A stretch of DNA of 64,000 nt, from the NCBI GenBank assembly GCA_024137785.1, contig JAHRHZ010000027.1:40929-104928 (forward strand), read 5' to 3'. The stretch comes from Ginglymostoma cirratum (taxonomy: Eukaryota). Below the pieces are notes generated by a model, which had not been told where the DNA came from, did not search any database, and saw only the letters and a list, made by a program, of their open reading frames with translations. Every line of letters begins with the position of its first letter. The stretch's first letter is position 1. Both the position numbers and the translations under genes were made by a program. Positions 1 to 8,705 of this stretch are shown one piece after another.

Positions 1-210
1 CAAGAAATATTCCTTGTGTTTTGTTATCAGTGATTGATATTCTCCCATTTGCCCAGTTTGTTGTTGCTATAACATGACACTGATGAGTCCATCTGCGACA
101 CCAATATTTAATGTGTGACTGGTACCACCGTGCTTCATAGTGGCAATGTATTGTGATCGCTCTTCCCAAAATTCCCGTAACGTATTTCTCTGCCCATAAA
201 GCACCTGAAA
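1..210 (-). CDS. Receptor gene A, Ig V-domain exon (CD300/pIgR-like); truncated by the window edge
   Basis: Reverse strand after acceptor ttttctcctcag reads (V)SGALWAEKYVTGILGRAITIHCHYEARWYQSHIKYWCRRWTHQCHVIATTNWANGRISITDNKTQGIFL. The B-strand Cys, KYWC and a second C' Cys are typical of CD300/pIgR V domains. Clear paralog of 29881-30195. Confidence 0.88.
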
Positions 211-766
211 CTGAGGAGAAAATATTTCAGAGATTTGGAAATTTCCAAAGAAGTGCTTAATATATACAGCTACATTGTAATCAGCTAAATTCGATCTAGT
301 TTATGATGAAGGTAATAATTAATACAAACACTTATCAGAGCCTCAGAGTGTTCCAGATTCACAGAGTGATGTAAACAGTCTTACCCCACTGGTTGAGTTT
401 TGGGCCAATCTTGAAATTGGGCTTGTGCTACACGCTGTCGGCTCTAACTCCACTGGGTGTGGCATCATCGAAATGTTGCCCTCCTGGAGAGCAGCCTGAA
501 TGACAGGCCTGGATTGGAGTCAGCTGGAGATTAGTGTGAAGGAGGCTACAGGTGCTGAAGGGCCCTTGCTCCAACTGGAGGAGGAAGATTTCATCCAGGG
601 AGGGGAGGGGACCGTGTAGACTCCTTGTGAACTGAGGGGCTGAATTTTCAGTTCTTGAGGAGCAGATACAATTGTAGACTCAGAAAGATTATGAGAGCCC
701 TCAAGGAGGAAAAGAAAAGATTTGAAATCCTTGAAGCGACGGTTTATGAAGATCAAGCTAAACCAT

Positions 767-1104
767 GGACAGCATGGTGGCTCAGTGGTTAGCACTGCAG
801 CCTCACAGTGCCAGGGACCCTGCTCCATTTCCAATCTCAGGCGACTGTGTGTGGAGTTTGCATATTCTCCCTGAGTCTGCGTGGGTTTTCAATGGATCCT
901 CCTGTTTCTGCCCACATTCCAAAGATGCGCAAGTTAGTTGGATTGACCACGAAAAATTGCCATAATGTTCAGGGCTGAGTAGGTTAGGTGCATTAGCCAC
1001 AGGAAATACAGGACCAGAAGGATGCGGGAGGGGAATGGATGCTCTTCGGAGGGTTGTTATGGACAAATGTGCAGTTTCCACACTGTGGGGGATTCTATGA
1101 TCTA
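767..1104 (+). mobile_element. HE1-type tRNA-derived SINE
   Basis: 5' tRNA-like head TGGCTCAGTGGTTAGCACTGCAGCCTCACAG, core GTGTGGAGTTTGCATATTCTCCC, and 3' LINE-like tail GGGATTCTATGATCTATG. Absent from the paralogous site near 30750. Confidence 0.85.
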
Positions 1105-2563
1105 TGGTCAATGTGCAGAACCTTGAGTGCGGTAAAGGCAGGATTATTTGTAATCGCACATTGTTGTCAGTGTAAGGATAGTAAAATATCAGAAGTAATT
1201 TACTGAATGTTAGGGAGATATACTTCATGAGAAAATGTTTAAATTGCTGCCACATTGTGTCCTGGTGTGGAAGAGGGACAGCCTGTTGATGTCTGGGTAG
1301 ACTTTACTTCAAAAGAAATGATTGTGTGGGGAACAATTCAATGATAAAAAGGATTTTAAAATAAAATGAAGTGGTTGAGAGGAAAGGAGAAAGTGAGAAA
1401 AATGGCTGAATTGTTAAAGCTGATGGAAATCACGAATTAGAGTTCTTATTGAAAAGAGGAAGCCTTGAAAGAAAGAGGATTGCTGAACACTCAGAGGCAC
1501 GCTTCAGTTTTCTGTTTGTAAAGTTTCTGCATGAAATTGATGAGTTTGAGCCTCAGTCTCTTGCCGAAAGCTTTCCTGTAACATTTCACTGAGCTATGGC
1601 CCTGGGAATTTTAATATTTTGTGTTTCAGCTTTGCTTGATCATAAATGAAGGGGACGTGGCAATATTGAACAATAATTTTATCGCAGTGTTACATTATAA
1701 TTTATAATTGATTGGCACTAAAGGACATACACAACTTGGTTAAAGTTAAAGACTGAAAGGAAAAAGTCTTCCCATGGGAAGAGAAATATAAACCAACCAT
1801 CGACTTTTGTGCCAGAGTCTCGCAAACAACATTTAATGAACGTTCTATTACAGGGAAAGAAAGGAAAGCAAACCCAAGATGTTTTGATTAATGGCTTACT
1901 ACCACACCAGTTTTCTTTTGGACTAGTTCAAATCATTATGCTGTTTGAGTCACTTTAAAATAAACATGATGCTATCCTTTTTTATTTTATTCATAATTAA
2001 TAATGCACCTGTAAATTATTTGGTAACTATGTCCTGTGCTGTCACAATATTTTGAAAAGAAGATATAACATTTCCTGATGTTGTTCATGTATTTTTACGT
2101 TTTTTCAATTGAACCTCAAAGGCTCCCATATATATTCAGAGATAAACGGAGAAATCAAAGCACACTGTACATCTGTTTTGTGCAGTTTGCTCTTCCTGGA
2201 ACATGTCACTAGCCTCAGACCAGTTTGTGTATTTTGAGGGGTGTCACTCTGCGCTGGATAAAGCTGACCTGGAATTTCATCCACATTTGCTCCCTGCCAT
2301 GGGCACATTGGAAGAATTTGTAGGTTAATGATGAATCTTTTTGGCTCCGTGAGAATGCACACTCCTTTGCACAATGGGCTGGAGAATAAATTGAACTCTC
2401 AGCATTTATCACAGCAATAAAGATGTTCCCTGCTGTGACAACAAAATGTTCCTTTGTGCTTTTACATGTCACCAAATATGTAAACATCTCTATATTGTAT
2501 AAACCAGACAGTAGACTTTGATGAACATTAATTTTTGAATAAATATTTTGGATGGTCACTCAC

Positions 2564-2600
2564 CAGGAATGGAATGAATGAGGAGAATTGAAGTCCACAT
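2564..2600 (-). CDS. Receptor gene A, signal-peptide exon
   Basis: ATG TGG ACT TCA ATT CTC CTC ATT CAT TCC ATT CCT G|gtgagt = MWTSILLIHSIP, phase 1. Splices in frame to the V exon (..PVSGALWA). Homologous position to 35198-35237. Confidence 0.8.
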
Positions 2601-4138
2601 CGTTTTATTCACAAAGATCACTGCTTGATGTCAGTCACACAGCTCTTGAAATAAGTGTGTAATGTGATGTCGACAAGAATGTAAATCAGGTGGAGGATAT
2701 AGGAAGCCAACTTCTGAAATCATGCTGGGTTTCACCTTTGAGAAGATCAAAGGAACTGACACTCTTCACCAACCCTGCTAACCCCCACCCACAATGCTGA
2801 AGGCAGTGCTCCCACCTAATGCTTAATATGAAGGAGAGTCACTGGAGATGTTACCCAGAGACTGAACCAGTGAGGGCCATCGCAATGCTCTGTCTGGGAA
2901 ACAGAAACATTACATTGGGTAAACTCCTGTAGAACACTTGGAAACATTTTGGGGTTATTACTCCAATGTGGATGAAACCCCTCTGCCATCAGGTCACCAG
3001 TGCCTGAGGGTCAGAAATAGAGAGCAGAGAACTGCCAGCCCCTGAATGACATGGACACTGTAGAATCAGCTGGAAAAATATGATGAGATTGAAAAATTAG
3101 ACTCTGTGATGAAACAGTGAATACATCTCGCAGTAAAAAAGTGAAGAATATCTGATCAAATTGTCAGGGATCCTCAAAAGTGACTTGGTCAGTGTCAAAA
3201 TCACATTCTGGTCAATGGGCATCCAGCAGTTTTTAAAAGACCGTTCATCTGAGACGAGCCATGACACGAACCGGACCTGCCACAAAACCCCTCCTTCGTC
3301 AGGATGGACGGCCCATTTGCTCTGGAATGGTGCAGTGATCCATCACAACATGTACATGAGCCTGTCCCAGGAGGTTACCTTCCCAGAGACAGTAATCAAA
3401 GGGCTCGTTCTGAAAATTCTCAGAAATGCCTTGAATGACACAGGGTGCCCCACCCACAATATCCTGATTATTAACAGTGAGGTGGGCTCTAAGAAAACTG
3501 TCCCCTCCCGGTCTTTCCAGAATGTCTCTCCACTGAACATTTCTGTCAGCGGCTGCAGACATATTGCTGCAGGTGACACAGTTCTATCTCTTTAGTGAGC
3601 TGTAGGCATTGGCTGCCAGGACGGTGTTACAATGCCTGTCGGTATGGTTTGTGGTGTCCCAATGGACTTTCTCCACAGGCTCTGGGCTTTTACCAGTGAT
3701 AGAGGAAGCCAGTCCCAGGTGTCTAGCAAGCCCAGGGTAAAGCTGGTGGATTGGCTTTTGGGTCAGAGGAGGATGGTGAGATGAGGCTTGAGATGTGAGA
3801 ATATTTCTTCACCCAGAGAGTGGTGAGCTGATACAATTCTCTGCCATAGATAACATTTCAAGTAAAGACATTGAATGTTTACAAGAAGGAGTTAAATCTA
3901 GTCCATTTGAGCTAAAAGGATCTGTTTGGATTAACATTTGTTGTTTAGCTGTTTGAAGGCCTTTGAAAGCGTAGTGTCATGTACCTGCTGTAAAACTTGG
4001 TGGCATATTACTTGACTCCTGATCTATTTGTCGCAGAGTTCCTAGATAATATTTAAATGTTCTGAGCTGTAGAAAATTTAGCTCTAGTTTACAGGACAGC
4101 TTAATTGATAACTGCTCTTCTGGTTCTTTCTATTAAAG

Positions 4139-4840
4139 TCATAGAGTAAGTCAGGATGGAAACAGGCCCTTCGGCCCAAACTGATCCATGCTGACTATGG
4201 TGACCATTCAGCTAGTTCCAATTGCTGCATTTGATTGCTCTAAATCCTTCCCATCCATGTACCTATCCAAATGTTATTTTTTAAATGTTGCTATTGTGCC
4301 TGTCTCAACATTTTCTCTGGCATTCCATATACGCACCCCTCATGTCCTTTACCCTCTCACCTTCAACATATGAGGTCTAGTTTTCAATTCCTTATTCCTG
4401 GGAAAAATGCTATATGCATTCATTCTATCTATGTCCCTCATCATTTTATATGCATCAATAAGGCCACCTATCATTCGCCTACTTTCCAAGGATTAAAGTC
4501 CTATCCTTTCCAACCACACCCTATAACTCAGGCCTACTGGTCCTGGCAAAATCCTTTTAAATCTTCTTTGCACACTTTCCAGTTTAACTATGTCTTTCCT
4601 ATAACCGGGTGACCAAGACTGTACACAATACTCCAAGTAAAACCTCACCAAAGACTTGTACAACTGTAACACAACGTCCCAACTCCTATACTCAATGCCT
4701 CAACTGATCAATGCCAACATGTTAAATGTCTTCTTCACCGCCCTGTCCACCTGTGATGCTGCTTTCAACGAGCAATGTACTTGTACTCCTCAGTCCCTCT
4801 GTTCCCCAATACTCCTGTGGACCTCACCACTTACTGTATA
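4139..4840 (-). mobile_element. CR1/HER1 LINE 3' fragment
   Basis: Antisense CR1 ORF2 C-terminus and 3' UTR (acaggcccttcggccca..., ...actgtacacaatactcca). Absent at the paralogous position near 37920. Confidence 0.75.
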
Positions 4841-5175
4841 CCCTGTAGATGAATCGATAAAGCTTCTCTCACCTTTCACCTATAAACTATATTTGCTCAG
4901 GCAGGACTCCTATATATTTGTTCATTGTTTCTCTCACCTACATCAGGTGAAGTCCTTTAACTGGACCAGGACCCAAGATGTTAACCTCAACAGTTCTTAT
5001 CCAATGTGTAGACAGAAATAATTAACACTTTGCCTCATTATACATTCAAGGGTTTCTGACACATGTCGCCCTTGAGAATGTTCACACATTTTTGATACTG
5101 TGTCAAACCACAATGAATATCAAAACATGCAACGAATGTGGAAACATCTTTTTCATACCTCATCTTCTCAAAAAT

Positions 5176-5530
5176 GGACAGCCCAGTGTCTCAGTGGTTA
5201 ACACTGCTGCCTCACAGCCACAATGACCTGGGTTCAAGTGAAGCCTTGTCTGACACTGTGCAGTTTGCACATTTACCCCATGTCAGCATGTGTTTCCAGA
5301 GGGTGCTCCAGGTTCGTCTGATACTGCATTGATGTGCAGGTTAGGTAAATTGATCATGATAAATTTCCTATAGTGTTCAGGCTTTGCAGGCTTGGTGCAT
5401 TAGCCATTGGAAATGTGGGACTATAGGAATAGGGTGGAATTCTGGGTCTGTTGGGATACTCTTCATAGAGATGGTGAAGAGCTGATGGGCCAAATATCCT
5501 CTTTCTGCACTGTAGGGATTCTATGATTCT
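5176..5530 (+). mobile_element. HE1-type SINE (diverged)
   Basis: TCTCAGTGGTTAACACTGCTGCCTCACAG head and CTGTAGGGATTCTATGATTCT tail. Confidence 0.8.
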
Positions 5531-6341
5531 CATTCACATTCCTCATTGACCATGATTCTATTTGAGGATTTAATGGACTGGGCCCAAACTGAATGTGTGT
5601 TCATTGAGAATAAGTCTTTCACATGTAGCATACTACAGACAGAAACATTACTGTGAATGAAGTAATTTTGGAATGAAAACTATTTTAAAAAAATTAAAAT
5701 TGAATTTGGCAAAATTTTCTAAATATTCATTGCAATTCAAATTAATTTGGATTTTAACGTTTTGGATAAAATTTCAATTTGTTCCCAGAAAAAGCGTGGA
5801 TTTGCTGCTTTCGAAATACCGTGAGCTGAGAAGCACATTTATTTCTTTCAAAACCTTGCCTTACCAGTCTGTTTGGAAATAAGGCAAGTTGCATTTATAG
5901 AGTACCTTTAAAGATGTAAACCAGGAACAGCGATATGGTTGATTTTAAGTTGAAGTATGGTGGAAGATTCATGACCAGCTGGGATGGCGTGGGAATGGTT
6001 AAGTGTGGAGTAGCAACATGGTGGATGAGGGCTCTGTTGGACAGGGAGATGGATGGGGACAGTGGCTAAGGAAAGGTGATTGTGATGGGGTCAAAGACAA
6101 TGGCTTCAATCTTCAGAATTGTCAGTTGTAATTTTATTGACATTGTGAAAATGCACCGACAGGCACAAGCACAGCAGGTAGGTATGTCAGAGGCAGTCAA
6201 TAAACCGGATCAAAGGATGGAGGAATCAAACAACGCTATCAGTCCCAGGCGGTGTGTCTGGCCGTCCCCTTGGAGAGGTGGGCAGCTGTCACTCAGACTC
6301 AGGCCCAGCTCACTCAGTGTCTGCTGGATATGAGCACGGAC

Positions 6342-6837
6342 TATGGAAAATAAAATGGTGCATACATAGTACAAACGGAGGACGCAAAGTAGATGAGGTA
6401 ATACATAGAAAGATAATACACAGAATATAGAGTGTAGAAAGGTAATTTATAAAATAGATGGAGTGTCCTAGGAAAACATAATGGCAGAAGTTAATCATGA
6501 ATGTAATAATCGAAAAAGCACAATATCTTAGGGTAGAAAACCACTGTGGTTAACAAGTGAAGCAGAAGATGAGCAGCCTTGAAGAGATAACAAAGGCTAA
6601 CATAATTGGTCATACTGATAACTTTGGAAAAACATGATAACTGAGAAAAGCTAACATAATTGGTCATACTGATAACTTTAGAAAAACATGATAATTGAGA
6701 AAAGGTATAAAGAAGAACAGGCCCTGAGGGGTGCGGGCGATCTGAAAATTGCTTTCTGATTGTCACAGCTTTTACTTGCAAATAAAAGTTTACGTTCTTG
6801 AAGACTCCTCTACATCTCCTGGTGATTCTCCACGACA
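6342..6837 (+). repeat. 5' LTR (496 bp; lacks the initial TG present in the 3' LTR)
   Basis: Direct repeat of 14785-15280 with 8 substitutions counted by eye. Ends ...CCACGACA. TATAAA at 6706-6711, AATAAA at 6781-6786. Confidence 0.96.
6596..6711 (+). promoter_or_regulatory. LTR U3 54-bp tandem enhancer-like repeat plus TATA box
   Basis: Two 54-bp units (6596-6649, 6650-6703), each with ATTGG (reverse CCAAT) and two TGATAA GATA motifs. The first unit also has TGGAAAA. TATAAA follows directly. Confidence 0.75.
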
Positions 6838-6841
6838 AATT

Positions 6842-6859
6842 TGGTGCAGCAAGCAGTGT
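6842..6859 (+). promoter_or_regulatory. Primer-binding site, best match tRNA-Ser(UGA)
   Basis: TGGTGCAGCAAGCAGTGT lies 4 nt after the LTR. It matches at 15/18 the complement of the vertebrate tRNA-Ser(UGA) 3' end as recalled (TGGCGCAGCGAGCAGGGT). Two of the mismatches are CpG transitions. Confidence 0.7.
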
Positions 6860-7200
6860 GCGTGAAGGGACCCACCCCGAAAGGGGCAGCGACAAGGCGC
6901 TTCCCGGTCCACTAGGGACTCTCCCGTGACTGACAGAATAAGGATGCACCCAACCAAAATAAGTAAGCGTTTTGCTGTTAATTTGGACTGCATTCTGTTA
7001 AGTCAAGGGGGACCTCGGGGACTCAGAAGTGCGGGAAAATTGCCAAACGGTCCCTCCACCCAAAAAGATCCAAGTAGCGGGTGGTAAATTGTAATTGAAG
7101 GAGACGCAGAGAACTGTTCAAGGAGAACTGCGCAGTGGGGGACGGGATATGTAAGTATAGAACACAGCAACTGGTTGAATTAAAATTCCACGTGGTGTTT

Positions 7201-7345
7201 GTAAGACTCTGCGGATACCGCCCTGGGATGGTAGGGGTCTGTACGGGCAGAACAAGCAGTGTGGTACTGTTTCTAATAATAATAACTGTAAGGTTCTGCG
7301 GATACCGCCCTGGAAAGGTAGGGGTCTGCATGGACAGAACAAGTA
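7201..7345 (+). repeat. ERV leader direct repeats (2 x ~58 bp) with hairpins; candidate packaging signal
   Basis: Units at 7201-7258 and 7288-7345, each with GCGG-ATA-CCGC and CCCT-N8-AGGG stem-loops. Confidence 0.6.
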
Positions 7346-7435
7346 AAAAAAGAATATTCTAGTAATAGTGTGTCTGGACTTGTGTGTAGAATTAAAAGTA
7401 GGACTGACTGATAACTTTCTTGACTGAACTTGACC

Positions 7436-8705
7436 ATGGACAAACGGACTGCAGTTGAAATACTGGTAAAAAATTTCCAATGGCAAAGGATGAGATAGCA
7501 AAAATTTTGGAAAAATGGGGAAAAAGAACTGACAAATTACTAACTAAGTGGCCAAAAGAGGGAACTTTTGATGTAAATATGTGTGAGGAAATGGAATGCT
7601 TAATTAAAAATTACAAACCCAGAGATAAATCTAAGAAAAGGAGTCAGAAAAGGGAAAAGGAAACAGAAATGCTAAAGCTGTTTCAGGAAGAAGGGGAGAA
7701 GCTGAGAAGAGCTTACCAAGCGCCAGTTGTAAGCAGGAGCGCAGCCAAAGAGCAGACTAAACAGCCTGTGGAAACTGAAGGACAGGGAAAGAGCCCGTCC
7801 TTATACCCAAACTTGGAGGAGATGGATAGACCCCCTCCTTACTCTGATGGCGAAAGCACAAAACAGTGTCCAGCAATAAAAGGGACTGTAGAAATAGAAG
7901 GGGAGTTGGAATGGGGGAAAAGTGAAAGAGAAAAGAATGCGTTAAGGGAAAAAAGGGAGATAGAGCAAAAGGCAAGGCAGCAGGAAATAGACGATATACA
8001 GAGTAAACAGCGAGAATTGAGACATGAAATTGATGTGTTACGTGTATTAAGAGAACAGAGGGAGTATGAGGAATATTTGAATCGTACAAGGAGAGTCGAG
8101 CAAAAACGGAGCGGGAAGGAAATGACAGGAAAAGGGAATGTAGAAGAGCAGGTTAGAGGTGAGACTCAAGTACCGCCAGTGAAAAAAGGATGGGAGGAAT
8201 TAGAAATAGAGTCAGAACAGACTCTGAAGACGAATCACAATGTGACAAACATACTAAAGGAAGGAAATCCCAACAGGGAAAAATGTTGCCACTACTAATA
8301 AAAGGGGAAAGACCACCACAGTATATTCCTTGGGGGACCCACTAGCACTGCCAGACAAGGGCCGGAAAACCCCATGCCAGCAATATACATTGTTGGGGGA
8401 ACCCTTCCACAGGTACCCTACCTTGGAAAAAATAAAATTAAACAACAGCCCAGACAGACTTGGGGTCCCCAAGGACAGGGACAAAGGAGTGGAGGATCAA
8501 GGAATATGGCAAGAGGGCAGGTGCAAGGGGGTCAGAAATAATATGTTGGGGGTGTTAACAACCAGGTCACTTTAGGAGGAACTGCCCATACTGGAATTGG
8601 ACCTCCCCATCCCAAAGTGGACCAATGCACAAAGGACCCCTGGCAGCCGCACCACAAACACTTGCAGGTCCGATGGGGCCTGTCAACCCATACGGGATGA
8701 GCTAG
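7436..8705 (+). pseudogene. gag: gag (frameshifted; most of capsid deleted)
   Basis: Kozak accATGg at 7436 is 1 nt out of frame with ORF 7480-8298, consistent with slippage in an A run. Late-domain motifs LYPNL and PPPY, then a coiled coil. Capsid start MLPLLIKGERPPQYIPW at 8283-8333. CCHC knuckle CWGC*QPGHFRRNC at 8544-8585. Terminal TAG at 8703-8705. Confidence 0.88.

Larger units (their letters stand above)
1..5165. repeat. Segmental duplication unit (gene A 5' half and upstream region), paralogous to ~29985-38285
   Basis: Collinear similar blocks: 1-760~29985-30750, 1850-2650~33860-35290, 2720-3100~35940-36320, 3140-4120~36985-37915, 4840-5165~37927-38285. The copies differ by copy-specific TE insertions. 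Confidence 0.85.

Noticed and set aside
767-840. tRNA gene
   Set aside because: tRNA-like A box is the head of a SINE, with a decayed B box and SINE body following; same for 5176 and 20236.
6596-6703. Direct repeats as a CRISPR-like array
   Set aside because: Two adjacent units with no spacers inside a eukaryotic LTR.
6310-6993. Minus-strand ORFs in the LTRs (also 14708-15323) as accessory genes
   Set aside because: They simply mirror the AT-rich LTR and its 54-bp repeat; no recognisable domain and mostly non-ATG starts.
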